DNA of 64,000 bases from Eledone cirrhosa (GCA_964016885.1 OZ024740.1:244776001-244840000); one strand, 5' to 3'; shown: positions 36,517 through 49,749, counted from the first letter of the stretch. The notes: generated by a model from the letters alone, not told the origin. Program-made: numbers and translations.

Positions 36517-39500
36517 TGTTTCTTTACTAGCCACAGGGGCACAAAAGAAGGGTTCAAATACAAAGGGGGAAGTTTACAAACAATAAAAACGTGTAAAATA
36601 TTATCACAAATGTAATTTAAAAGTTAATCGATTTTCCCCCAATAGGGGGAGACATTTCATATGGGTAACACATACCCCCGAAAAAATGTGCAAACCTCAT
36701 CTCCAGGAGTACCAAGAGTTTGTACCCCTTTCCTCTCTTCCTCCTTTTCCTCAACCTAGAGGCTGATATAGAGATAAGTCCCATTCACTCGGGCTATTTT
36801 CGCCACTTTCACCCACCTTTCATAAAACTTGCTGGGGTACAGCACTTCTCTCTCCATCCTGATTCTTCTTCCAAAGTGGTATTTGAAAAAAAGAATCAGT
36901 TGTTGGCTGGAGAGAAAGGTGTCTGACCTCAGCCCTTTAACCTCGTCCACCATACAACCTCTTTCGCCATAGCTATCACACAAAGGAAAACCGCCTCTCC
37001 TTCGTTTTTGAAGGAGGGTGGCGGTTTGATTATGACAATGGACTCGGTGGTCAACTGGATTGGTCCCACCCGCGACAATAGTCGTTCTACATAGCCACAC
37101 AGGTCGGTAACGCCCAGGCAGTGTACAAATGCGTGCGCGACGGTTTCCTCGTCGCGCATGCATCTCGGACAGATCTTTTTCGAAGCGTCCCTGCCCAGGC
37201 GCCCGTGTCTGTAGAGCTTGTCTCGAACTGGTAGAGCTCCTCGGTAGCACTGCCAGGCCAGGGACTTTTGGAAGATGTCCATCGGTCCCGGGCGGAAGGT
37301 TCTATCGAACAGACTGGCCAGTTCGTCTTCCTCTACGCCTAGAGTTTCTCCGAGCGCAACGTCGCACTTACTGCGGACCAACCCTCTATAGAATGACGAA
37401 GTGGAGTCTCCACTGATCGCCGGGTCCGCCTGCCAGAGGGCTGTGCACATTCGATGTGTCAGTCGCCCATTTTCCTCGGTCTTTGCTTGACCCAGGACTG
37501 CAGCTCGGTCAGCGAGACGAGTCGTGGGAATGCTCGCCTCACGAAAGGGGCCCACGCCGATTGTCCGGTGAGGAATACGTGGAGGTGCCGCAGCCTGTGC
37601 GCGTATTTGCGCATCATCAGCCACGACATCCCCAGCCCTCCGTTTGAAGGGTGTTGGCAGCAGATGGATCTTCTCACCAAAGGAGCCCGATTTTTCCAAA
37701 GGAATTGGAAGAGCGTGCGCTCCATTTTGGTGAGCGTTTAGACTGGACAAGGCACGACGGTCAAGCGGTAGTAGATGATGGACGCTATAAAAGTGTTCGC
37801 CACCTCCGCTCGACCTTTCAAGGATAGTTTGTACTCGGCCCACTTCTGGGTGAGTGCAAACACCTTGGCCGTCACATCGTTCCAGTTCTTCTCCACCTGG
37901 AGGTCCGGATCAAACCAGACCCCGAGCAGCTTTACCGGTCCTTCCGTCCAACCTCCGACGACGCCATCGGAAGGAATCGGTTTGCTTCTCCACGATCCGA
38001 GTTGCAAACCGATGGACTTGTCCCGGTTCAGCTTCGCTCCTGTGAACCTTTCGTATTCCTTCAGTAAGGTGCCAACTTCCTCAATTTGCGAGGTGCTTGA
38101 CATCATTACTGTCACGTCGTCGGCGTAGGCCGACGCCGCTTTCCGCAGTCCCGGTTCCAGAGGGATGCCCTGCAATAGCTCCAACTTCCGCAGTAGTGAC
38201 TCGAGAGTCAGTACGTACAGAAGGGAGGAGAGAGGGCATCCCTGTCGAATGGATCGCGTGATATAGAACGGGTCTGAGAGGCAGACGTTCACCTTGACCC
38301 TTGAGAAGATGTTGCTGTTGTACATTGCAGCAATCCAGCCCCTGAATACGGGTCCGAAGCCTACCGCCTCGAGCACCGCATCCAGGTAACGATGGTCAAC
38401 CCTATCGAAAGCCTTAGACTGATCCAAGTTGTTCAGGGCCCTACCGAAGCCGGGTTTACATCCTACCCTCTCTATGATGTATCGCATGAGGTGGAGGTTG
38501 TCGTGTATGGACCTGGTCGGGATTGCGCATGTCTGTGCTTCTCCCAACAGGTTTTTGACGACAAGCGCCAGCCTCTTTGCCAACACCTTGGCCAAAATCT
38601 GTAACTCTGTGTTTAGCAGAGTTATGGGCCGGAAGTTGCCTATGTCATCCCCCTTATTCTCGTCCTTCCTGACTAGTGTGACTACGCCCCTGGTCACAGA
38701 ACTGGGAATTGTCCCGTTCTGCTGCCAGTTGCAGTAGACCGCTTCCAGGAGACCGGAGAACAAGTCCGGCATTGCTACGTAAAATTCGTAGGGTAGACCG
38801 TCAAGACCTGGAGATTTGCGTTTACCGCATTGGCTCAGCGCGTCCCCTATCTCAGCGGCTGAAATCGGCTTTTCGCAGAATTTCGCCTCGCTGTCCGAGA
38901 GTCGCGGTAGGCCGTCGAGGTATGGACCGAAATCCATAGCCCCTCTCGGCGCGCCGCCCTGCGCGAACAGACGAGCAAAGTGCCGCTGATAGGCCGCGCA
39001 CATCTGCTTCGGCTCACGTATCACGCGTCCGTCTTGGTCCTTTTCGCCTCCGTCACTCGGGCCCAGCTAACAGATTTGGTTCCCTCGTTACCCAGAGCAC
39101 GTATTTTGCTTCTGACAACGCAGCCCTCGTGCTTTGTGCCGAAGAACTGGTCCAAGGCCGTTCTCGTTGCTAGCACGCTGACTACGTTTCCACTTCTAAT
39201 TGCCTCTTCTACTTCATCTATCAGTTCCTTCTCGGTCCTATTTCTATTTAACGCTAATTCTTTACTAAAAACTAACGTGTCTAATCTAACTGCCCTTTTG
39301 AGAGAGTACCACCATCTGTTGTTGACAATGGCCCTTGTCAAGTGCTGTTTAATTAAAGTGCTAATCCGTCTACTGTAGGCTTTGCATGTCGGTAACGTCA
39401 TGTTCAGCTTCCAGTAGCCGGGTCCTTGTCTATGGGTTCTATCAAGGTTGACCATACAGGTCACTAGTTTGTGATCGGAATAGGCAACCATGAACATTTG

Positions 39501-41476
39501 TGGACAGCTTAGCATGTCCCTATCTTTATTTCTAACTAGAACCCTATCTAGGTACGATCTAGATGTTCCGCTACGATTAGTCCACGTCCACAGTGGCACA
39601 GTCGGAAAATCTAGTCGATATCTATCGGCCAGGTCAGATCGGCCGATTAACTGTTTGAGGCTGTCACACACCCCTTTATCGGGACATGCTCCCACATAGT
39701 CCCAACGTGCATCTAGGATTCCATTCCAGTCCCCCACTAAAAGTAAGGAGCGGGACGTTCCCAGAAAAGTCTCTAGACGTTTGAAGAAGTCTGGCCGCGG
39801 TGTCCCGGATGGGGCATATGCGGCCACCAGCCTGAAGGCTCCACCTTCACTACCGTCAACGTCTAGGACCACCAGTCGACCCTCCGGGTCCAGATGTATC
39901 GTTTGTGTTACGAGGTCCAGGTGTTTCCGCAGCAAAACGGCAACCCCGCCCCCACCTCCCGGCTGGCAGAGAGATGCGTAGATCTCAAAGTCGTCGAAAA
40001 TGGGGGCCAGCTGTCGCTCGTTGTGGATCCTGGACTCGCAAATGGCTACTACATCCATACTGTGCGACCTGAGGTCGTTTAAGAGTTTTCCCTGTTTCCA
40101 GGGCAACCCTAGGCCGCATACATTCACACATCCAACTCTTATATTGGCCATGTTGGTGCTGAAAAGTTAAAAGAAGAGGAAAAGAAATCACTCACCTCTT
40201 CGTCTCCTGGGGACCAGGCTGCACAATGTCCATGGGGGTGTTGGAGGGGTTGTTTGGTAGGGTGGTGGTTCCTGGCGGGGTGGGGACGGAGATGTTTGGT
40301 GGGGAGGAGGTGTCTGGTAGGGTGGGGTGTCTAGGGTGGGGGTGGGGAAACGTTTCATGAGGACGCGGTTCGTTGGTTTAACACACATTCCCCACGTCCT
40401 CAGCAAAGTTTTCCTTTAATGGCTTATAGGTGTCCGTAGGGACCCTAATCATCCTTAAATTAGGTTTGTCTTTTCATTTGGTAAAATATTTTCCTTCGGT
40501 TTCCACGGAAGGGTTTTTGGAGATGACCTCCAACAAGGTTTTATTGTCAGTGTTTATGTATGTATAATATTTTTGTTGTGTTGTGTTAGTTTTTGTCTGT
40601 TGTTCTTGTGTGTGTTTTCGTTTTGTTGTGGGTATTTGTGTTTGGAGTGTTGTCATTGTTTTGTTTTCGGAGGGGGGGGGGCATTTTTGTTTGTAATGTT
40701 TGTGTTGTTTGTGTTGTTTGTGTTGGTGGTTGTGTGTTTGTTGCCTTTTTGTTCGTGTTATGTCTTTTTTCCTTTTTTTTTTGGAGCAGAGAGGTTCTCC
40801 CTCATCATCAATGAGTGATGACGAGGGGGCTTCGTTCGTTGTGGTGTCTGTTTGATTGGGGAGGGGTATGTTTTGGGGAGCTGTTGTGCTTGTGGGTGTT
40901 TTGGGAGTTGTTTTAGGTGGGGAGGGGTTGGGTGGGACTGCGTTTGCAGTTTGGTTTGTTTTTGCTATTTGTGTGTGTTGTTGTTGTTGTGGTGATGGTG
41001 GTTGTGTTGTTGTGTTGGGTGTCGGCAGTAGTGCCTTTTTTAATGCAGTTAATTGAGGACAGGAAGCCCTCAGGTGACCACTACTTAAACACTGGTAACA
41101 TGAAGGCCGCCTACCCCCAACAGAAATGTTTATGTAGGAATTTCCATCCAGAGGCACACGTTGTGGTATTCTAGCTATCCGTTCTGGTCTCATTTGGACC
41201 AGAACTTCTAAGCTTGTACCGTTGAACATGCCCCTGGAGGACTTTCCTACCGAAATTACTGTATCTTCATCAAAATTGATGAAACCAGCTAATATCCACC
41301 AGATGTTTACATTTGGTGTGATATTTGTTACTTTTATTTTTTTAGTCCTTATCCCACATATGTGGGGGAAAAGGTGTAGAGGGGGGACACGATTGGCGAC
41401 ACAGAATATTTTTGTGCCGTCAATTGGTCTTTCATTATTATTGATAAACTCCCGAAGAGTTTTCCCTTCTGTGTCA
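36517..41476 (-). mobile_element. Tx1/L1-clade LINE copy C (5'-truncated in ORF1, complete ORF2 and 3' end)
   Basis: ORF1 Zn knuckle CYQCLSSGHLRASC; ORF2 40151-36756; flanked by GATAGATA (36509-36516) and (GATA)4 (41477-41492). Confidence 0.95.
36756..40151 (-). pseudogene. LINE ORF2 (APE endonuclease - reverse transcriptase - CCHC), frameshifted
   Basis: Overlapping ORFs 39021-40151 (APE: GCVNVCGL, GDWNG, SYLDR, SDHK), 37738-39024 (RT: LDQSKAFDRV, IRQGCPLS, YADD), 37459-37725, 36929-37843 (CPRC...ETVAHAFVHC) and 36756-37250. Confidence 0.92.
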
Positions 41477-41492
41477 GATAGATAGATAGATA

Positions 41493-41978
41493 TATTTCTT
41501 TATTAGCCACAGGGGCACAAAAGAAGGGGACAAATACAAAGGGGGAAGTTTACATACAATAAAAACGTGTAAAATGTTATCACAGATGGAATTTAAAAGT
41601 TAGTCGATTTTCCCCAATAGAGGGAGACAGTTTATATGGGTAACACATACCCCCGAAAAAAAATGTGCAACCCTCATCTCCAGGAGTACGAAGAGCTTGT
41701 ACTCCTTTCCTCTCCTCCTCCTTTTCCTCAACCTACAGGCTGATATAGAGAGAAGGCCCATTCACTCAGGCCATTCTCGCCACTTTCACCCACCTTTCAT
41801 AAAACTTGCTGGGGTACAGCACCTCTCTCTCCATCCTGATTCTTCTTCCAAGGTGGTATTTGAAAAAAAGAATCAGTTGTTGGCCGGAGAGAAAGGTGTC
41901 TGACCTCAGCCCTTTCAACCTTGTCCACCATACAACCTCTTTCGCCATAGCTATCACACAAAGGAAAACCGCCTCTCC
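41493..41978 (-). mobile_element. Tx1-like copy D: 3'-terminal ~490 bp, highly similar to copy C
   Basis: Aligns by eye with 36517-37000; flanked on both sides by (GATA)n. Confidence 0.93.

Positions 41979-42064
<86 letters not shown>
41979..42064. repeat. (GATA)n microsatellite at the head of the Tx1 array
   Basis: Direct reading. Confidence 0.97.
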
Positions 42065-42065
<1 letters not shown>

Positions 42066-42169
42066 GGTGACGTGTACCTCGTTTGATATGGAGTTAATCG
42101 ACAGAAATTACAACACTCTATCCTGAACGAGACGCCAGTCCTCTTACTACTTGTACTGAAATTTTGTGT

Positions 42170-42275
42170 CAGCTTAGTGGACTGGAACAACGTGAAATAA
42201 AGTGTCATGTTAAAGAACACAACTTACTGCCCAGTCCGGGAATCAAACCCACAACTTCACGTTGGTGTAGCCAGA
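42170..42275 (-). mobile_element. CORE-like tRNA SINE (same family as 9729-9846)
   Basis: CAACGTGAAATAAAGTGTC...CCCAGTCCGGGAATCAAACCCACAAC is the reverse complement of the 9770-9845 region. Confidence 0.7.
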
Positions 42276-42944
42276 ATCCTGTTGTGCTGTAAGGGTGATG
42301 TATTTCTTCTTGTAATCAACAGCTGATATCGTGGCACAGTGACATAGTTGATGTCACTGCAGCTGTGACATAGTGACATAGCCTCGGTTTAATCAATATT
42401 TTGAGAATGAAGCCTTAGAAATTGTATGCAGAAGCACATCATATAATGTATACATATGCATGTGTGTGTGTGGGGGGGGGGGGCATCGGTCGGGATAATG
42501 TTGATAAATCGATGTATCTTTCAATAAATGTGTTTTGGTATTTTGTTGTGTTGTTATGTTCCACTATGATAAGGTTGAAATAAAATATCTTCCTCTAAAG
42601 ATCAGAATTGAAAAATACCAACAAGCTGATGTAAAAGAAGAGAAAAACTATTTTTGTTGAGAATAGAAGAACATATATGGAACTGAAACAAGACAAGCGC
42701 ACACTACAATAGTATAATGTTTTCATGATATACCAAGAGTGTAATCGCAGCGTGACTGAATGGTTAAAAAGTTTGCTGTGCTATCATAGAGCCCCCTAAA
42801 TTCGAATCATATCCTTGGGTCGACCCAAACCTTGCATGTAGATTTGGGTAGACAGAAGTTGTTTAGATGCCCGTTGGATGGACTGTGCCTGTATTTCAAA
42901 AGACCACCCTTGTCTTATTTGGTGTCACGTTATATCTTCCATGT

Positions 42945-43508
42945 TCAGCTGCTTCATCGTTAGAACGACTGCGATTTTTTCTTTGTTAAAATCTTGGCAG
43001 CAACGTGGTTTACGTTCGGATTTTCCATGGGAATCTTTTGGCAGTCTCCATAACTAATAGATGTTATGTGAGAGATCTGATGCTTCTTATGGATAAGTAA
43101 CAGATCTTTTTATTCCCCACTTTCTAGTGTTTTGTTGGTAATTGGTCGTCCTGAACGCCCATCATCTTGAACTGACACTCGCCCAACCTTGAGACACGCA
43201 TGCAAACGAAAAAAACTTTCGCTCTAAAAAATGTTTGCTAAAAGCCTGATGAAGCATTTCGTAGGTCTCGATAGCAGATTTGCTTTAACTTCATGCAAAA
43301 CTTGATCCATGCACATTGCCCGAATTTGTCAGCCATGTTAAAACTGCAGAGCCATTCTAACATAACGTTACAAAACCTCGCGTGGTTAATGAACACGAGT
43401 AAATTTCATGAAATGCATTTGTAGACTGACGTCAGTTGCGCTTGAATGTCTGTTAAACAGTAAAATTCCATCGTGTGCAGTCCGGAAACATTCCGATAAA
43501 GCCTTGTA
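42945..43508 (-). mobile_element. Mariner-type DNA transposon remnant (internally deleted)
   Basis: The minus strand encodes SVQDDGRSGRP (mariner HTH linker GRP motif). The terminus ...CCGATAAAGCCTTGTA resembles a mariner TIR plus TA. Confidence 0.6.
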
Positions 43509-45504
43509 CATATTTAAATACACCTATCTCCATCTTTCATCAGCGCCCTACACCATTGTGGGAATCACTGACAATCCCTTCTAATATCAAAATGATGATT
43601 AGTTTTTATAACCCGTAGAGTTTTTAAGGTCAACATGTGACCTTATAAACTACTTTACTATAAACGAACAAGTAATAAAATTTGTTACTGATACAATAAG
43701 ACTTAAACCACAAAGAAGATACACTAAATGAAGAGCAGAAGGAGAGACAAAATAGAAGCAATGCAACGATTAAAAGTTTATTAATTATTGATATGTTTAT
43801 GGTTAAACATGATTTAAGATGATTTACAGTGGGAGTTGGTGATCTAGTGAATATGCTGTCTCAGTGCCACAACTCGAGAAAATATTTTACATGTCACTGA
43901 GTCACATATCTTTCGGTGACTAAGGACACGATCTGAACTCGGAGAGAGTCAGAACAAATCCTGAAAGGCTTTTAATTCAACCCTATAACGACCCTGTCAT
44001 ATCTAAAAGACCAATATTCCTCTACTAATAACTCACTTCACAACAATTACCTTTACATATTTCACAGCTGACTGTTCATCAAAGGATATGCCCCCTTGTC
44101 CTTCGGCTCATGAAGAGAACTTGTAGCACATCGTTATTTGAAATAAAAACCAGAACTTAGCTGAAAGTCCCAGTCTAATTTGCGTAACGCACATTCGTCG
44201 GTGTCATAATTAACTAAATAATAAATATGTATGGACAGCACAGCAGATATTAGCACATATTAGATAAATTAAATATAAATCTAACAGCAGCTTTTTTATT
44301 ATTATTATTATTGTAAAACGAAAGTAATATACGAGACGAATATAAAAAGGCATTTACATCTGTTCAAGGTTTAACAGCAAAGCTTATAATTTCATAAATC
44401 TATAGTTATATATACATTAACTTCATCTTAGATGTTCTTATATACGCTACATTGTGTATAAATATTTACCTAATTAGAATGATAATTTAAAGATTTTCAA
44501 GGTGAAATTGAAAACGTTTTGAATGAAAGAATCCTGAAATTGTAGCTGAATTATCTGAATTATGGTTTTACAGTTTATCGATCTTACGCAATTAATTGGA
44601 ATATATTTCTTTATAGGCCCGAGATAATTATATAAAATAACTTCTATCGAAACAACAAAAAATAATATGAAAGATTCCCTTTATGTAATAAAGTGTGTAA
44701 CAGCTTTGTCTCATTGCCACGTTTCAAGCTCAGTTTAATATTAATCTGTTGCTTGTCTTTGCTTATATTTCTTTGGCCTCCACTATCTTAATGATGCCGA
44801 AATATTGATTAAAAGTAACAGCTGTTATATATCATTCTAGAAACAGCCTTATTAGAAGGAGAGTGTCATTCTAAACTTGCTGTCCAAGTACTTTAGATTT
44901 ATATGTTTTGTATTAATTATTTCCATCTAAAGTCTCTTGTCTTTAATGAATAATTTATAAAACGCTGATGTCGTTGGCACATGCTGTAAAAAGCTAGTAA
45001 TATACCCAGGCCAAATATTAAATGTAGCACCCACTCACCCTAAACTGATAATACATCCAGCTCAGGTATAGAATGTACGCCTCTAAAAATGGTAATAGGC
45101 CCAAAATCTCATGTGAAAATTAATCCCCTGCCCCTTTCTAAAAGGCCCAGTCTAGATGTAAAAACTAGGAACCCAAAGCTATTCCTTGTCAGATAGGAGA
45201 TGTAGGCCCCATTTAAATTGATCATTAATTATTTTAGTAATTACTGGTAAATACATGTGATTTATGTGTTATGGATAAACATTTGTACATGTAATGTACA
45301 AGATATACTTACAAGTAATAATGAAGGCGCGTGACGTAGTGGTTGGGGCGTTCCTCTATACCATACAGCTGGCAAAATTAGTTGTACATGTAATTCAAGG
45401 GACCAGTCTTTTACACACTGTATCTACCTGATAACTACGCTAGGTACGTGTGTTTGTGGGATGCTCAGCTACTTGCACGTTAATTTTACGATTAGGCTGT
45501 TCTT

Positions 45505-47760
45505 ACCACATTGCTATTAAGTGGACAGCTGGCTTCTACAACAGAGCATGTTTTTAATGTGAGGTCCAAAACAACAATATAAGGCTCGTTGTGCTTTAAT
45601 TTGATGGAAGTCTTTATTTTTAGGTTCCACCAGCATTCCTTTGAGCCATCAGTCTCAACACATTCCTCCCTATTGTTGTCTTCTGTAATGTTTTATTTCA
45701 TATCTCTTTTCTGGACCAGTGGCTCTTTTAACAATATTATTATTTTCATGTTCATAAACCTGGACGAGATAGCTGCGGACCTTTTTCTTCTGTTGAAGAT
45801 GTTGTTTCAGTGTTATTATCCAGGTCTCATATGATGTTAGTATGGGTTTTAGGCCCCGGCCACCCTCCTTGCGTGAGAAATATTGCCTATCCACATCACT
45901 ATCAGCTTGCGAGTCTTTACATCCATTTTCTTATATCTTGTAATGGTCAGTTCAGCATGCCTAATTCTGGCGTTAAGTTGGGCACAGCAAAATTATCATG
46001 GGCAATGTACTTGTTTGCGCTGTGGGCTCAGATGACCATATTCTTTTTAATCTCCAGAGATATTCATTCATTCCGGGTTCTCTCATTATTTATGAGTCCA
46101 TCATATCTGACATTCTGACTTTGTCCAAGATACCTATAGTTGTCGCCTGTCTGCAAATGTTGTGTCGCCAAGCAGTTCATTTTTAAATTATCAGAAGGCG
46201 AACGAAGAGCAGCTCTGACAAGCTATCACGCTGAAAGATACCATTTTGGTAGTAAATGCTATCAGACTCAATTTGCTCCTTATCACTCCTAAGGAGCAAG
46301 GTAGTGTATCAAGTCTTCGTTAAACTTCGATAGTTGCTGCGAGAGGTTGTGGGCTTTTGGCTAACTCTAAGGCCTTGATAATCTACCCATATGGTATACT
46401 ATCAAAGGCCTTCTCGTAGTCCAGCCACACTATAGTCAAGCTCCTGTGATTCTTTACTGTTTTTTCATGGATTGTTTTGTTAATTAGCAACTGCTCTATA
46501 CAGCCCCAGACCTCCTTTTTTCCCCAGCTTGCTCGGGTGTTATAGTGTTGTTGATGGTACAATGATCTTGCAAGAATATATTGAGGCATCCAGTGTATAA
46601 TTTGTACATGATGGTTTGGCAGGCTATTGGGCGGTAATTTTTAGTAAGGGTGGTTTGGCTATTTTGGAGGATGAGGAGAGTAAGGGCAGTTGATAACCAT
46701 TGGGACAGTTTTTGTGTGCCTTTGATACTTTCTCCATACAACCGTATGAGATCTCGTCGATAAAAAGTGAAATTCTTCAATCAGTAACCTGTTATGCGGT
46801 CTGGGTCTGTGGATTTCTTGTTTGACCCTTTCTGTAAAGCTGTTTCCATTATTGCACCCTCTCTTTCATATTGCTTTTGCTGGACATGCTGACAGCAGTC
46901 CTGCTTCAGTTATTTTAATTATACAGTTGTTTGTAGATTGATTTGGGATTTCTAGCAAATGATCTATTCAACATTTGCCGTTTATACGCTGTAGATTTAT
47001 ATTATAGTTTTCCACCTGTAGCTGTGAGTTGTTATTTCAGTGTAGCGAAATCATATCTCTTTTTTTTTTTTTTTTTAGATCTTCCTGATGTCACATGTGA
47101 AATTGTTCTGTGTTTATTTCATAACTACAATGATCTGTGAGATACTTCTGCACTGGAACAAAATTGTGTCTTTTTAAGTTACGTGCCCATGCTTATTCAG
47201 GCTTTCAACTTGCATCTCGATTGCGTAGCTTCACCCTGTTGTGATACGCTAGCAATGTGATATATATCAAAAGCTTAACGCTTTCGTACATTGTTTTCAT
47301 ACCTCTGGGCTTCATACCTCTAGCTTTCAGATAATTGTCTGTTATTTCTTTTACTGCCTCCAATTATAATTTACTGGGTCCTTTACTTATATTGGTTTGT
47401 ATGGCCTGTCGTTCAAATTAAGGTTGTGGACCTGTTGAAACATATCATCCCAGATCATTTGTAAGGTGTTCACAAGTTTTTGTTGTTCTTCTGCTTTTAT
47501 AGGAGAAGTATGGATTTCAGCTAAATTGTTGGTGTGTTGTTTGCTGCTAGATTTAGTTGACCATTCTGTCTGTCCATCAGTGGATGTGGGATGATTTTCT
47601 TCAATGGCTGGCTTCGTAGTGCCAACCTGCTTTGAATCAGACAGTTCCGTTTTAAATGAATCAATTTACATCTAATAATACGTTTTGCTTCTTCATTTGT
47701 ACGTTTTGAGGAAAGTTTAATTCTGGGTTTTTGGAGTTCCACATTTTTTAACCTTTGCAT
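45505..47760 (-). mobile_element. R4/Dong-like LINE remnant
   Basis: KNYRPIACQTIMYKLYTG...PEQAG, GCIEQLLINK...WLDYEKAFDSIPY, RKEGGRGL, and a REL segment (WWNLKIKT...KHN) matching the fragment at 5100-5240. Confidence 0.85.
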
Positions 47761-48311
47761 AAAACCGAACGTTTTGGGGTCAGATTGTTTATAACCTCCA
47801 TATAAATCTTTGTTAAGATTGTAGCTCTATTGTATACAATGATTATAATCACGATTTGGTCGAAGAATACTTATATGTTTAGCCTTATGGCTAGGTATTT
47901 TTTTTTTTTTTTTTTTCAAAATAAACGATCTTCTTTAAAAGTTTCGACAAAGTTTTGTCTGAATTAAATATAAATTTGTTCCACATCTTGGGTAATATTT
48001 TCTTTCGGGTTGTTTTTAATTCTACAATTGTATTTAAGCGTTCATATTTAGCATTTATTTGTTAATGAATTGTTTTGAAACGTTTCTTGGCTTATCTATG
48101 TGTGTAACGTTAGAGCCCCGTGTTTATATAAATATGTTAAAATGTATGTAACGTTTATATAGATATATCAAAATATATGTAATATTTAAACACTTCCGTA
48201 GAAATATTCGTCTGTAATCTTAATAGCTCAACTTTTCCAATATATGGCAACTCAGTCATTATGACAACTCGGATAATTATATATATATATATATACATGT
48301 GTGTGTGTGTC

Positions 48312-48368
<57 letters not shown>

Positions 48369-48755
48369 TTAAACGGGATCATAGGAAAAGTATTCACTAT
48401 ATATTAAGTTTGATACGGTGAAGTTTTACTAGAAAATATTTATATTGACTATCGACCGTTACGTGCGTTTGCCATGTGATTGGCTGACAGGCCTGACTTC
48501 ATTATCATCAGACGGGTTGATTCGACTAAAATCGATTTACATCTCGTAAGGTAAACGGAAATAACAAAACAAATAATACAGTACAATGAAAAAATATACT
48601 AATTTAATGCTTGGTACAGTAGGAAAAGTGGCTTTACGTTTCGGAAAATAGTCGTTCGTGGGCAGATAGAATGAGAAATAAAAGATGAAATAAAAAATAA
48701 AAAGTGAGAAGAGGAAGACACGGAATTTCTTCTTTTTTTGTGAAAAAGCACGTGT

Positions 48756-48994
48756 GTATGTGTATTTTGTATATCTAATGATATATAGTATGTTTACGAA
48801 TAAACATTTGAAAGCCTTTAACTATGAATTTTGGAAGCTGATGGCGTAACGCCATTTAGCCAATTCGCCACTTGCTTCTACTAGAATTCGGTAGATGGCG
48901 TTACACCTTCGGCTTCCAAAATTCAGAGCTAAAGGCTTTCAAATGTTTATTCATAAAAATACCGTATATCATTAGATGTACAAAATACACATAC
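48756..48994. repeat. ~240-bp imperfect fold-back (MITE-like hairpin), with an extra partial arm at ~49195-49285
   Basis: GTATGTGTATTTTGTATATCTAATGATATA...AATAAACATTTGAAAGCCTTTA...AATTTTGGAAGC pairs with GCTTCCAAAATT...TAAAGGCTTTCAAATGTTTATT...TATATCATTAGATGTACAAAATACACATAC. Confidence 0.75.
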
Positions 48995-49553
48995 TTATAT
49001 GTATACACCTTAATTCTATTTCTTGTGCAGGCCGAGCCAGCTAACAGCAACATATGCAAATGAGGCTAATCAGCCCATGTACATAGGCGTAAAAAAAACT
49101 ATATGCTTTCGCCTATATTCCAGCAAAGAGTGAGCTAAAGGGAGCACTGCCTTAATATCGATCATCAGTCAAAAACGATGGTCGGTAGTGTTTCCCCACT
49201 TGTTTCTGCTGGAATTCGTTAGATGGCACTCCGCCATCAGCTTCGAAAATCCATAGCTAAATATCATTAGATATACAAAATACACACACACACACACACA
49301 CACACATGTATGTATATATATATTTAAATTAAATCTGCCATCCTAACAACAACTTATCTCTGACCGGTCCTTTAAGACCTTCACAGGGAAACTCCCTTGA
49401 TAATGGGGTTTTAAAATATTTGGGATAATTAAATTTGCTAAGGTAAAATTCTATCGTTATCTTGGCACATTTAATTTTTTAATGCATTGTATGGCTTTTA
49501 AAATTATTTATATTTATATTTCCTATTCAACAATACTTCGAGCAAACTACAAC

Positions 49554-49634
<81 letters not shown>

Positions 49635-49682
49635 TATATTAATTCAAAATATTAACAAAATAGATATTCTTATGATCAATTA

Positions 49683-49749
49683 TATTTTATTATACATATT
49701 TCAGAGATATTGAGTTAAGTTCAACAGTACGTCCTCATCAGATAAAATA
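49683..49749 (-). ncRNA. Minimal type I hammerhead ribozyme in PLE pLTR
   Basis: Minus strand TATTTTAT-CTGATGA-stem II (partly decayed)-GAAA-TATGTA-TA-ATAAAATA. Confidence 0.75.

Noticed and set aside
48620-48665. Hammerhead-like CGAAACGTA on the minus strand
   Set aside because: The CUGANGA core is not present; too degenerate to call.
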